NCBI GenBank assembly: GCA_039586575.1
Contig: JBDHKD010000005.1
Coordinates: 6,062-70,061 of the forward strand
Direction: 5' to 3'
Source of the DNA: Gemmatimonadota bacterium
GTDB taxonomy: Bacteria; Gemmatimonadota; Gemmatimonadetes; Palauibacterales; KS3-K002
DNA: 64,000 nucleotides
Both the position numbers and the translations under genes were made by a program. The notes beneath the pieces were generated by a model. It did no database searches. It was not told the origin of the DNA and saw only the letters and a program-made list of their open reading frames with translations. Positions within the stretch are counted from its first letter, which is position 1; every line of letters begins with the position of its first letter. Of the stretch, positions 18,859 through 28,442 are shown piece after piece.

Positions 18859-20388
18859 TCAGCGCACCATCATCGCTGCGGCGAGCGTCTCGATCGCCGA
18901 CCAGAAGTTGCCCAGCCGGAGGTTTTCGTTCGGGCTGTGCTGGTTGTTGTCGTGGTTCACCGTCGGAATGCCCACCGTGGGCACGCCCAGCACATCCGTG
19001 AAGTTGTAGAGCGGCACACTGCCTCCCAGCGTCGGCAGCTTCACCGCCCTCTGCCCCGTATGCCCCTCAACCGCCTCGATCAGCGCCCGCGCGACCGGCA
19101 GGTCCATTGACGTTCTGAACGCCGGATAGCCGTCCGAGGTCACGACCCGGGCCAGCCGGGGGTGACGGCGCCGGGTCTCGGCGTCCGGTTCATCCCTTAC
19201 CACGTGGTAGCCTTGCTTCTTGATGTGCGCGATCAGCCGCCCGACCTGTTCCGCTGGGTCGATCGCCTTAACAAGGCGCATGTCGATGCTGGCGATGGCG
19301 CGGTCGGGAACGATCGTGCGCGCCTCGTCCCCCACCCAGCCGCTGCGCAGCCCCCGTACGTTGAGCGACGGCCGGTGGATGAGCTCCAGGCGTCGACCCT
19401 CGCTCTCCGGGGCCGCCAGCGCGTACGCCTGAAGCTGCTGCTCGTCGTCGTTCGGCGCTTCGGCGATCGCCGCCCGTTCATAGCCGCTCAGCTCCACGAC
19501 ATCGTCGTAGAAACCCTCGATCAACACCCGGCCCGTCTCCGGGTCTTTCATCGTAGCCAGGAGCTGAGCCAGCCGCATCGCCGGGTTGGGCGCCCAATTG
19601 CCGTAGTGGCCGCTGTGCAGCGAGCGTAGCGGCCCGTAAACGGTAATCTCGGCACTGACGATACCCCGGGCGCCGAAGTACAGGGTCGGCCGGCCCGACG
19701 GATCTGCCGGACCATCGGCGGCGACGACGAGGTCGGCAGCGAGCAGATCGCCGTGTTCGCGAATCAGCCGTCCCAGGTTCGGGGACCCGGCTTCCTCGTC
19801 GCCTTCGAAGATGAACTTGAGGTTCGCCGCGGGCCGCAGCAGTCCAACCTCCAACCCATCCATGGCCACCAGCAGCGCCACGATGGGCGACTTGTCGTCG
19901 GCAGCCGAGCGCGCGTAGATCCGCCAGTCCCGCTCGTACGGGTAGCCACGGGGCGGGAACTCGATCAGCTGGCCACCGGCTTCCAGCGCCCCGTCGCGCA
20001 GCACCGGCTCGTAGGGCTCGTGACCGACCCAGCGGCTGGGGTCCACCGGCTGGCCGTCATAGTGGGCATAGAAGAGGACCGTCCGGGTAGCCTCGGGCAC
20101 ATTGTACTCGCCGTAAACATAGGGCGGCCCGTCGGTCTCGAGCAGCCGCGCCTCGATGCCCCTGCGCCTCATCATCTCGAGCAACGCTTCGGCGTTCCGC
20201 CGAACGGCCGGGAGATCGGAGGCCACGTTGGGCAGCCTGAGGAACTCCACCAACTCGGCAACGATCTCGGCCCCATGCGAGGCGCGATAGCTGCGCACGG
20301 CGTGCACTTGAACGGACTGGCCGTGGGCGTTGCCGGCCAACAAGACGGCAACCGCGCCGATCCACCAGCCTGGCGGGCGTATCCTCAT
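18859..20388 (-). CDS. Secreted M20-family dipeptidase/peptidase
   Basis: 509 aa; signal peptide; LFYAHYDGQPV…SAADDKSPIVALL…FEGDEEAGSP… are M20/M25/M40 motifs. Confidence 0.85.
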   Translation of the reverse strand: MRIRPPGWWIGAVAVLLAGNAHGQSVQVHAVRSYRASHGAEIVAELVEFLRLPNVASDLPAVRRNAEALLEMMRRRGIEARLLETDGPPYVYGEYNVPEATRTVLFYAHYDGQPVDPSRWVGHEPYEPVLRDGALEAGGQLIEFPPRGYPYERDWRIYARSAADDKSPIVALLVAMDGLEVGLLRPAANLKFIFEGDEEAGSPNLGRLIREHGDLLAADLVVAADGPADPSGRPTLYFGARGIVSAEITVYGPLRSLHSGHYGNWAPNPAMRLAQLLATMKDPETGRVLIEGFYDDVVELSGYERAAIAEAPNDDEQQLQAYALAAPESEGRRLELIHRPSLNVRGLRSGWVGDEARTIVPDRAIASIDMRLVKAIDPAEQVGRLIAHIKKQGYHVVRDEPDAETRRRHPRLARVVTSDGYPAFRTSMDLPVARALIEAVEGHTGQRAVKLPTLGGSVPLYNFTDVLGVPTVGIPTVNHDNNQHSPNENLRLGNFWSAIETLAAAMMVR

Positions 20389-20394
20389 CTGAGC

Positions 20395-20781
20395 CTACCT
20401 CTCGTCTTCTACTACGACACGGATGGCGTCGCCGACCCTGACCTCGCCGCCTCTCTTCACCCAGGCCAGCACACCGCCCCGGCCACGCAGCTCCTTCTGC
20501 AGGCCGTCGCGGATCTCGTCCATGAGATCGCAGGGATGACACGGCCCGGTGACCCATAGCTCGACCTCGTCGCCCAGTCGCAGACGCGCGTCCAAAGGCA
20601 ACGACGTGAGATCGATGCCACGCGTGGTCACGTTCTCTTTGAGCAACCGCGGCTCGAGACCCAGCGTGTCCAGCGTCTCTTGCTCGAGCAGCAGGATTTG
20701 CCGCCGGCTCTTCGGCCTGGCGTGCCGGCAGCCCTCGATCCCGCAATCGACGACGAAGACTGCCGGATCGACAGGCCGCAT
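20395..20781 (-). CDS. MOSC domain-containing protein (YiiM-like)
   Basis: C-terminal 129 aa from MRPVD… (ATG at 20779-20781) carries the MOSC beta-barrel with a conserved Cys (…TGPCHPCDLMDE…GGVLAWVKRGGEVRVGDAI). The ORF is open to 21009, so a longer N-terminus overlapping the nrdJ 3' end is possible. Confidence 0.65.
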   Translation of the reverse strand: MRPVDPAVFVVDCGIEGCRHARPKSRRQILLLEQETLDTLGLEPRLLKENVTTRGIDLTSLPLDARLRLGDEVELWVTGPCHPCDLMDEIRDGLQKELRGRGGVLAWVKRGGEVRVGDAIRVVVEDER

Positions 20782-20986
20782 GGGAAGTCCATGTTCCGGG
20801 CAAATCTGCAGTGCGGTAATGATTCCCGAGATAGCGCTCAAGACCGCCTCCCAACCCGTCGGTTCCAAAGGATCGTGATGGTGCGGCCCTAAACTAGTCA
20901 GCTGAAGTATGGAAAGGCCAGATATGGGAAGGGCGCCCAGGAGGGGCGCCCTTATTGGCCGGACAACGGTGGGGGACTGCTTTCCG

Positions 20987-23647
20987 TCAGCCGCACTCCG
21001 AGTAGCCACAGGCGGTGCACTTCATGCACCCCTCGGCGAACTGGAGCGAGAAGCCGCAGTCGGGGCAGGTTTCGATGAATGCCTTGATGTCCCGGCCGAA
21101 GTGCTTGGTCGGGTCGTCGAAGAGCCCGCGGGTGATGTGGGGTTTCTCGGCGCTCTGAGTGCCCCCGTTGCCCTTCGAGCCCGTCTGTGGGTCTTTGAGC
21201 GGCAGCACCTGCTGCTCGCCTTCTTTCTCGGCCAGGTACTCTTCGATCGCCAGTGCCACGGCGTCCGGCACCGAGAGGATCTTCTTGGCGCCGAAGCCGA
21301 CCGCCCGATCGCACGAGATGCCGCGCAACTGCTTGCAGATGGTGCCGAGCGGAATTCCGCTGCGCAGCCCCAGCGAGATCAGCCGGCTGATCGCCTCGGC
21401 GTCGGCCATCGCCGCGCCGCCCGCCTTGCCCAGCGTGGTGAAGACTTCGAAGGGTCGGCCCTTCTCGTCCTCGTTGATAGTCACATAGAGCGTGCCGAGC
21501 GGCGAGAGCATCTTGCGAGTGATGCCGCGCAAGGCATCCGGCCGCTCGCGCACGAACGGCTTGCCCTGGAGCTCGCCCTGTTTGGCGGAGAGCTCGCGTT
21601 TGAGCCGCTCATTTTCTCTGGCCAGTTTGTCGAGTTCGGCACGCAGCTCGCGATTCTCGGCCGCGAGCTCGGCACTGGCGAGCTCGGCCTCGGAGGCGAC
21701 TCCAGCATCCCCTGCCACGTCTTCGCCCTTCCGCCCAACCTCCGAGACCGAGCTCATAGCGTTATCACCCTCGTACGACTTCACGACCGCCTCTGCCGTC
21801 TTTCCGGTGGATAGCACCTGCCCCTCCCGAGAGCCGTCGCGATAGACCGTCACGCCCTTGCAGCCGAGCTCGAAGGCGAGCTCGTAGATCGCGCGGACGT
21901 AGCCGGGGCTCGCCTCAGCCGGGAAGTTGCAGGTCTTCGAGATGGCGCTGTCTACGTACTGCTGAAACGCCGCCTGCATCCGTACATGCTGTTCCGGAGT
22001 AACATCGTGAGCGGTGACGAACGTGCGCTGCACTTCCTCCGGAACTTCGTCGAAATGAATGTGGCCCTCGCACGCGATCCGCTCCATTAATTGATCCGAG
22101 TACCACCCCTGCCGACGTGCGAGGGCCACAAAGTCCGCATTGACATCGGGCATCAGCGTGCCCGCCTGATTCCGCATGAAAGCCACCGCGAACAGCGGTT
22201 CGATACCACCCGCGCAGTTCGCGATGATCGAGATCGTCCCCGTCGGGGCAACGGTCGTCAGATTGCAGTTGCGCAGCCGGCGCTCGGGGCGTACCCGGTT
22301 GCCGCCCGCGTCGCGCGCGCAACTCGCGTCCGGACCCCAGATCGAGCGCTCCCATTCGGGGAAAACGCCGCGCCTCGTCGCCAGTTGCTCCGACTTGACC
22401 TTCGCCTCCTCGTCTACGAAGTGCATCACCCGCCCGGCCAGCTCCAGCGATTCCTGGGAGCCGTAGGGGATACCGAGCCGCACTAGCATGTCGGCCCAAC
22501 CCATCACGCCCAGCCCGATCCGTCGGATCCGCTGCGCCAGGTCGGTGATCTCCGGGAGCGGGTAGCGGTTCGCGTCGATTACGTTATCGAGGAAGTGCGT
22601 CGCCGTATGGACCGCTTCCCGCAGACCGTCCCAGTCGATGATCCCGTCCTCGACGAACGCTCCCAGGTTGATCGAACCGAGGTTGCAGACGTCGAAGGGC
22701 AAGAGCGGCTGCTCGCCGCACGGGTTCGTAGCCTCGTAGGAGCCGAGATGCGGGACCGGGTTGTACTGGTTCGCCCGATCGACGAAGAACACACCGGGCT
22801 CGCCGTTCTGCCAGGCGCCCTCGACAATCATGTCGAAGACCTCGCGCGCCCGCAGTCGATCGACCACCCGGCCGTTCCGCGGGCTGACCAGCTCGTACTC
22901 CTCATCAGCCTGCACGGCCCGCATGAACTCGTCGGTCACCGCCACCGAGATGTTGAAGTTGGTGACCCTGTTGTTGTCACGCTTGCAGTCGATGAACTGC
23001 AAGATGTCCGGGTGATCGACCCGCAGGATCCCCATGTTCGCGCCGCGCCGTGTGCCGCCTTGCTTCACCGCCTCCGTCGACGCGTCGTAAACCTCCATGA
23101 ACGAGACCGGACCGGAGGCGACACCCATCGTCGACCGCACCACATCCCCGCTGGGCCGGAGCCGCGAAAATCCGAACCCGGTGCCGCCCCCGGACTGATG
23201 TATCAAGGCCATGTTCCGCAGCGTCGTGTAGATCCCTTCCAAGGAATCCTGCACCGGCAACACGAAACACGCCGACAACTGGCCCAACGGACGACCCGCG
23301 TTCATCAACGTCGGGGAGTTCGGCATGAACTGCCCGGCGGCCAACATGTGGTAGAATCGCTCCGCTGTGCCTAACGCTTCCGCTCCGCTAGTCCCGTAGC
23401 TCTGGTCGACCGCCCCGATCGTCCGCGCCACCCGCCAGAACAGCTCCCGCGGCGTCTCCACCGGACGCAACTCGTCGTCCTTCACCAAGTAGCGCCGCTC
23501 CAGCACCGTGATGGCGTTGTCGGTGAGGTCTGGGTCAGGCAGGTCCACCGGCGGCCTTGCCGGCAGCTCGACCTCCCTTCCCCGCTGAGCGGTCGTCGCG
23601 GTCATCGACCGATAACTCTCCGTCCTGTTGAGGTCCTGTCTCTGCAA
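20987..23647 (-). CDS. nrdJ: Adenosylcobalamin-dependent ribonucleoside-diphosphate reductase (class II)
   Basis: 886 aa; …VLERRYL…PNSPTLMNAG…CFVLP…SRLRPSGDVV…NPCGEQPL…TVAPTGTISI… are canonical class II RNR motifs. Residues ~600-700 form a low-complexity coiled-coil linker. Confidence 0.95.
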   Translation of the reverse strand: MQRQDLNRTESYRSMTATTAQRGREVELPARPPVDLPDPDLTDNAITVLERRYLVKDDELRPVETPRELFWRVARTIGAVDQSYGTSGAEALGTAERFYHMLAAGQFMPNSPTLMNAGRPLGQLSACFVLPVQDSLEGIYTTLRNMALIHQSGGGTGFGFSRLRPSGDVVRSTMGVASGPVSFMEVYDASTEAVKQGGTRRGANMGILRVDHPDILQFIDCKRDNNRVTNFNISVAVTDEFMRAVQADEEYELVSPRNGRVVDRLRAREVFDMIVEGAWQNGEPGVFFVDRANQYNPVPHLGSYEATNPCGEQPLLPFDVCNLGSINLGAFVEDGIIDWDGLREAVHTATHFLDNVIDANRYPLPEITDLAQRIRRIGLGVMGWADMLVRLGIPYGSQESLELAGRVMHFVDEEAKVKSEQLATRRGVFPEWERSIWGPDASCARDAGGNRVRPERRLRNCNLTTVAPTGTISIIANCAGGIEPLFAVAFMRNQAGTLMPDVNADFVALARRQGWYSDQLMERIACEGHIHFDEVPEEVQRTFVTAHDVTPEQHVRMQAAFQQYVDSAISKTCNFPAEASPGYVRAIYELAFELGCKGVTVYRDGSREGQVLSTGKTAEAVVKSYEGDNAMSSVSEVGRKGEDVAGDAGVASEAELASAELAAENRELRAELDKLARENERLKRELSAKQGELQGKPFVRERPDALRGITRKMLSPLGTLYVTINEDEKGRPFEVFTTLGKAGGAAMADAEAISRLISLGLRSGIPLGTICKQLRGISCDRAVGFGAKKILSVPDAVALAIEEYLAEKEGEQQVLPLKDPQTGSKGNGGTQSAEKPHITRGLFDDPTKHFGRDIKAFIETCPDCGFSLQFAEGCMKCTACGYSECG

Positions 23648-23816
23648 GGCTCTGCGAAGTTCTAGAGAATAAAAGGCTAATGCACGCGCCCGCGCGCTTT
23701 CGACTCCCGGATGACTCTATCTTTTGGTTTGAGCCTGTTCCCCGTTCGGGCCTCCTGGCTGGTGGCGGGGGGAGGAGGCCTCAGACTGCCAGGTTACGGG
23801 TGCTGCACACAATATG

Positions 23817-23863
23817 TTGTGCTCCGTCCAGCCGGCGACCCCAAATATAGGGTGATCTCCCCC
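23817..23863 (-). promoter_or_regulatory. Tandem NrdR boxes in the nrdJ leader (nrdJ-sense: ACCCTATATTTGGGGT and GCACAACATATTGTGT, 31 bp start-to-start)
   Basis: The downstream box matches the published NrdR palindrome acaCwAtATaTwGtgt at 14/16 positions; the upstream box matches at about 11/16. The spacing of three helical turns is typical of NrdR operators. NrdR is a known regulator of nrd genes. Confidence 0.6.
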
Positions 23864-23881
23864 CGTGTCAAGCTTTTCTTC
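23854..23881 (-). promoter_or_regulatory. Sigma70-like promoter of nrdJ: -35 TTGACA, 16-bp spacer, -10 TATATT (overlapped by the upstream NrdR box)
   Basis: Read on the minus strand: cTTGACAcggggggagatcacccTATATTtgggg. Confidence 0.55.
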
Positions 23882-23930
23882 ACCGGGAGTCTCGACAGCC
23901 CGCCGCACTCTACAAGTCTCTACCCTGTAA

Positions 23931-24455
23931 CTACTTATACCCCTGGGCGGGCCGAAAGTGGCCGGCTCTGTGAGAGCGGGCCAATTCGAGGTAGTCGCGC
24001 CAGGTGAGTTCGATGCGGGCGCGCAATTCGTCGTCCACCGATCGAACGAGTTTGGCGGGCCGGCCCATAACGAGGGAGCCGGCGGGAACGTGGGTGCCTT
24101 CGGTGATCAACGAACCGGCAGCGATGACGGAGCCGGTTTCGATGACGGCGCCGGAAAGCACGATGCTGCCCATGCCGACGAGGCAATCGTCCTCGATGAC
24201 GCAGCCGTGCAAGAGGGAGCGGTGCCCGACGCCGACGCGGGCACCGACACGCGTCGGGAAACCGGGGTCGATGTGGATGACGGTGTTATCCTGGATGTTG
24301 GTCTGCTCGCCAATGGTGATGGGCTCGATGTCACCACGCAGCACGCAGCCGAACCAAACGCTCGCCTCGCGTTCCAGGGTGACGCGACCGATGACCGTCG
24401 CACCTTCCGCGATGAAAGCGGAAGGGTGGATGGTGGGCGTGTGGTGTTTGGCCAT
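23931..24455 (-). CDS. Gamma-class carbonic anhydrase family protein (hexapeptide repeat, YrdA-like)
   Basis: 174 aa; left-handed beta-helix hexapeptide repeats with conserved His (…VIHIDPG…GHRSLLHGCVIEDDCLVGMGSIVL…). Confidence 0.9.
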   Translation of the reverse strand: MAKHHTPTIHPSAFIAEGATVIGRVTLEREASVWFGCVLRGDIEPITIGEQTNIQDNTVIHIDPGFPTRVGARVGVGHRSLLHGCVIEDDCLVGMGSIVLSGAVIETGSVIAAGSLITEGTHVPAGSLVMGRPAKLVRSVDDELRARIELTWRDYLELARSHRAGHFRPAQGYK

Positions 24456-24504
24456 TCAGACTCCTTAATGAACGGTGACCTCCGAGCCGAATACTGATCT
24501 CTGA

Positions 24505-26586
24505 TCACTGATGACTTGCGGCACGTTGGGCAAAGAACTCGCGAATACCGAGCAGCACACCGCGCGCGTACGCTTCCTGCCAAACCGGGTTCCGCAGGCC
24601 TGCTTCCTGGTCGGGCATCATCATGAAGGCACCCTCGGTGAGCGCGGCGGGCATCCAGGTGGGCCGCACGAGGGCGAGGCTGGCGCGGCCGAAGCCGAGA
24701 TCGCGGAGTCCCATCGTCACCAGCAGGTTGCGCTGTAGGGCGCGGGTCAGGTCGAGTGAGTGGCGCTGGAAGTAATAGGTGCTCGTGCCGTGGCGCTCGA
24801 ACGGGTTCACGCCATCCGGGAGCGCGTTGTTGTGGATGGAGATGAGCAATTCGGCGTCCAGCAGTTCTGCCAGGTACGTGCGGTCGTAGAGCCGCACGAC
24901 GCGGCGGTCGGCGCGGGTCAGGATTACCCGGGCGCCTTCCGCTTCCAATAGGCGCTTGAGCTTGAAGGCGATGGCGAGGTTGGTCTCTCCTTCGTAGAAG
25001 CGTGTCGGTCCGGTGGCGCCCGCCGGCGGGTGGCCGGGATCGACGACGATGGTGCGGCCCGCCAGCGGTTGCCCCGAATCGATGGGCGGCGGTTTGCGGA
25101 TCTCCAAGACGAGGCCGCCCGGCCGGGGACGGACGCGATAGCCCCAAGGCTCGGCCGCCAGATCGATGAGCAGCTGGTAGCGATCGGAAGTGACCTGCTC
25201 CCACCGGGCCGCGCTTAGGAACTCGTCGGCGGGGCCATACTGGAGCCAATCGGTATTCGAGTAGGCGCCGTACAATATGAGCGTCACACGCTTGCCATCG
25301 ACCTCGACCTTGTGGGGCACCGGCTCGCTGACCGACACGTTGACGTGCAGTCGATCGGGCGCGCCACTGAACCGCACGGTGCCGACCCGGGCGCGATCCG
25401 GCTGCCTGACGCCGGGCAACCAGCCGAGCTCGTCCGCGGCGACCCAGGCCTCGGTCTCCTGATCGAGGGCGAGGCGCACGGCTCCGTTGCGCCGGCCGCT
25501 GACGCGCGCCCGTACGCCGTCAGTCCACTGCCAGAAGGTCGTAGCGCCGATCCCGGCACGGCCGATGACGAAGCCGTCGCGGCCCACGCCGGAAGGTTCC
25601 TCGCGCAGCTCGACGACCGGCCCGCTACCTTCGAGGATCCACAGATCGAGCGGTAGCGGAGTGCGCGCCGTGTCGCCCGCGACGATGACCTCGAATCGGG
25701 CACACTCCTCCGCCACGACCCAATCGGGGACATCCAGTTCGCCGGCAGGCGCGGGACCCTCACCTTCAGGCAGCTCGGGGATCGAATCGGCTGCGACGTC
25801 CAGCATGTCCGTCGCGGCGCTATCCAGTGGCTGCGCTGGCGGTGGCGGCGCGCAGTAGTGGATGAGATCCGGGAGCCCCGCCGGCAGCGGCGGCAGCGCC
25901 GGGCTCAGCCTCCCCCGGCCCACCGGCGACCGCGCCACGAGTTCCCCCTCGTAGATCCCCGTCCCGAGCGAGGCGGAGCCCGTACCCATCGGGATCCGAC
26001 CGAAGATCCAGTTCGCCGCCGCGCTCGTCCCCTCGACATTGCCGCTCTCCGCCAGCGGCACCCACTCGCCATCCGGCAGGACGAGCCGCACCCGGGCACC
26101 CGGCGCGGCACGCACGCGCAGCGGGATCGTCTCACCTTCGCGCACCCACCAGGCACCGGCTGGCGATGCGCTTTCCGGATCGACCGCAGCCGAGTCGGAC
26201 GGCAGCGGCGCCAGCGGTCGCGGCAGGAATACCGCGTGAAGCTTACTCACCCGCTGTGAGCCGGCGGCCGCCAGCAACTCGTAGTACGCCACGGTGTCGT
26301 TCGCCGCCGCCGGAACCGGCAGCCAGGCGATGAATGCGCCGTTCGGCTCGACGCGTACGCCGTAGCCGTTGATGGTCAGCCGGGCGTTCCCGTTGCCGAC
26401 CGAGCCGAAGATGAAGTTGGAGTCGCGGGCGGTGATGAAGCTCGAGTCCCGCGGGTAAACGACATCGATGGCTAGCGGGCCATCGTGGAATGGAACCGGT
26501 GGCGGGCCGGTCACCTCGGGTGCGCGGGCAGCGCAGCCGGTGCACGCAAGTGCAAGGCAGGCGAGCCTCGCGACGTCTCGCCCCAT
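24505..26586 (-). CDS. Periplasmic lipoprotein with C-terminal N-acetylmuramoyl-L-alanine amidase (Amidase_3) domain and a large N-terminal domain of unknown function
   Basis: Start set at MGRDVARLACLALACTGC (lipobox; ATG at 26584-26586). C-terminus IVVDPGHPPAGATGP…LISIHNNALPDG…LTEGAFMMMPDQE are Amidase_3 motifs. Confidence 0.85.
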   Translation of the reverse strand: MGRDVARLACLALACTGCAARAPEVTGPPPVPFHDGPLAIDVVYPRDSSFITARDSNFIFGSVGNGNARLTINGYGVRVEPNGAFIAWLPVPAAANDTVAYYELLAAAGSQRVSKLHAVFLPRPLAPLPSDSAAVDPESASPAGAWWVREGETIPLRVRAAPGARVRLVLPDGEWVPLAESGNVEGTSAAANWIFGRIPMGTGSASLGTGIYEGELVARSPVGRGRLSPALPPLPAGLPDLIHYCAPPPPAQPLDSAATDMLDVAADSIPELPEGEGPAPAGELDVPDWVVAEECARFEVIVAGDTARTPLPLDLWILEGSGPVVELREEPSGVGRDGFVIGRAGIGATTFWQWTDGVRARVSGRRNGAVRLALDQETEAWVAADELGWLPGVRQPDRARVGTVRFSGAPDRLHVNVSVSEPVPHKVEVDGKRVTLILYGAYSNTDWLQYGPADEFLSAARWEQVTSDRYQLLIDLAAEPWGYRVRPRPGGLVLEIRKPPPIDSGQPLAGRTIVVDPGHPPAGATGPTRFYEGETNLAIAFKLKRLLEAEGARVILTRADRRVVRLYDRTYLAELLDAELLISIHNNALPDGVNPFERHGTSTYYFQRHSLDLTRALQRNLLVTMGLRDLGFGRASLALVRPTWMPAALTEGAFMMMPDQEAGLRNPVWQEAYARGVLLGIREFFAQRAASHQ

Positions 26587-26711
26587 CGTCACAGCTCGCT
26601 CCTCTGCGACCGCCCCAAGAAACTCTCGCTCATCACGGTCCGGCAATGTACGACCCCCGTTCCCCACCGGTCAAAGCGGCGAGCGGGCCGGGGCACGGCC
26701 ATCCCTGTGAC

Positions 26712-28442
26712 CTATGCCGACCGAGCGCGGGCGGAGGATCGGCCGAGGAGCACGTATGCCACCACCGCCGCAGTCAGCGCGGCGCCAGCGCGTCCCCATG
26801 CACCGAGGACCAACCACCCCACGCCGAACAGCAGGGCGAAGAGCAGCACGATCCCCAGAATGCCGGACCGGACGTCGGCGCCGAGATCCTGGAGCGGGGC
26901 GAGACCCGTCGCCTCACGCTGCCGCCGCCAGCCGGGGCCGCCCGGTCGAGTACGACGGTAGAACTCGGCCAGCGTTTTCTCCGACTCGGGCCGGGTGAGC
27001 AGCATGGTGGGCAGCCAGACCGCCAGCGAGCCGAACGCCGTCACCGCCAGCCGTACGCCGAAGTCGACCTCGCCGACGGCGGGCAAGTAGGACAGGACCG
27101 CGATGAGCATACCGGCGACCATCGCCGCCAGCTCGGCCCAAGCGTTCACCCGCCACCAGAACCACCTCAGGATGAGCACCGCGCCCGGCCCCGTCCCGAT
27201 GGCGATCATGAAGCGGAACACGGTGCCGATATCCTGGGCGAAGAAGGCGGCCATCGCCGCCAGGGCCACGATGACGACGGAAGCCAGGCGGCCGACCAGC
27301 ACCTTCTCCTTGTCGTTGGCCTCAGGGTGTGCCCAGCGGACGTAGAGGTCGTTCACGACGTAGGAGGCGCCCCAGTTGATGAGCGTCGAGACCGTCGACA
27401 TGAAGGCGGCGAGGAACGAGGCGATCACCAGCCCGAGGAGGCCCGCTGGCAGGTAGTCGAGCATCAGCTGGATGTAGCCGATCTCGGGATCGGCGAGCGT
27501 CGGGTAGAGGATGAGCGCGACGAGCGCGACGACGAGCCACGGCCAGGTGCGCACCACGTAGTGCATCAGGTTGAACAGCCAGGCCGCTTTCTGCGCATCC
27601 GCTTCCGTCTTGGAGGCGATGAAGCGCTGGATGAACTGGCCGCCGCCATCGGTGTTCCTGAACGCCCACCACTGGATGCCGATATAGGCGAGGAACGTGG
27701 TCATCGACAGCTGGGCGACGTCGGACCAGGGCATGAAGTCCAGCCGGTCGCTCAAGCCCCGCTCCCCCAGCGTTGCCTTGATGCCGGCGATGCCGCCGAC
27801 ATCGGGCAGGGCGAAGGCGACGACGATGAGCGCGCCGACCAAGGCGAGCACGAACTGGATGAAGTCGGTGGCGACCACGCCCCAGAGGCCGGCGAGCCCG
27901 GCGTAGACCAGCACGAAGACCGAGAGAGCGACGACGATCCACAGCCGCGGCTCGCCGGGCAGATCGATGGCGAGTGCATCCCAGAGGCCCAGCGCCTCGA
28001 TCACCTTGCGCATCGCCAGCATCGCGTAGCCCATGCCGATGCAGTTGATCGGGACGGCGAAGATGAAGGCGCGGAAGCCGCGCAGCAGCGCCGCCGGCTT
28101 GCCGCCGTAGCGCAGCTCGCAGAGTTCGACGTCGGTGACCACCTCGCTGCGCCGCCATAGGCGGGCGAACAGGTAGATCATCAGGACGTGGGTGATGGCG
28201 AACGCCCACCACTCCCAATTGCCGGCGATGCCGCGGCGGGCGACGAGCCCGGTGACGTAGAGCGGTGTGTCGACGCTAAAGGTGGTGGCGGCCATCGAGG
28301 TGCCGGCAAGCCACCAAGGCAGCGCGCGGCCGCCGACGAAGAACTCGGCGAAGCTGCGGGCGCCGCGGCGCGAGAACCAGAGGCCGAGGCCCAAGGTGCC
28401 GACGAGGTAGGCCCCGATGACGAGCCAGTCGAGCGCGGTCAT
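26712..28442 (-). CDS. Sodium:solute symporter family (SSF) transporter; MurT-like candidate (anhydro-)MurNAc/muropeptide importer
   Basis: 576 aa, ~13 TM helices, SSF signature regions. Embedded between the amidase and nagZ with 4-bp overlaps. The functional inference rests on context and on the known SSF-family MurNAc transporter MurT of Tannerella. Confidence 0.8.
   Translation of the reverse strand: MTALDWLVIGAYLVGTLGLGLWFSRRGARSFAEFFVGGRALPWWLAGTSMAATTFSVDTPLYVTGLVARRGIAGNWEWWAFAITHVLMIYLFARLWRRSEVVTDVELCELRYGGKPAALLRGFRAFIFAVPINCIGMGYAMLAMRKVIEALGLWDALAIDLPGEPRLWIVVALSVFVLVYAGLAGLWGVVATDFIQFVLALVGALIVVAFALPDVGGIAGIKATLGERGLSDRLDFMPWSDVAQLSMTTFLAYIGIQWWAFRNTDGGGQFIQRFIASKTEADAQKAAWLFNLMHYVVRTWPWLVVALVALILYPTLADPEIGYIQLMLDYLPAGLLGLVIASFLAAFMSTVSTLINWGASYVVNDLYVRWAHPEANDKEKVLVGRLASVVIVALAAMAAFFAQDIGTVFRFMIAIGTGPGAVLILRWFWWRVNAWAELAAMVAGMLIAVLSYLPAVGEVDFGVRLAVTAFGSLAVWLPTMLLTRPESEKTLAEFYRRTRPGGPGWRRQREATGLAPLQDLGADVRSGILGIVLLFALLFGVGWLVLGAWGRAGAALTAAVVAYVLLGRSSARARSA

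Noticed and set aside
23648-23930. Cobalamin riboswitch in the ~200-nt nrdJ leader
   Set aside because: No B12-box-like core was recognisable. B12 riboswitches do not normally control the B12-dependent RNR. The leader is better explained by the promoter and NrdR boxes.
26490-28160. 556-aa plus-strand ORF and several 100-400-aa alternative-frame minus ORFs (e.g. 24107-25249, 27322-28218)
   Set aside because: All overlap the well-supported amidase and SSF transporter genes. They are open frames produced by high GC, not genes.
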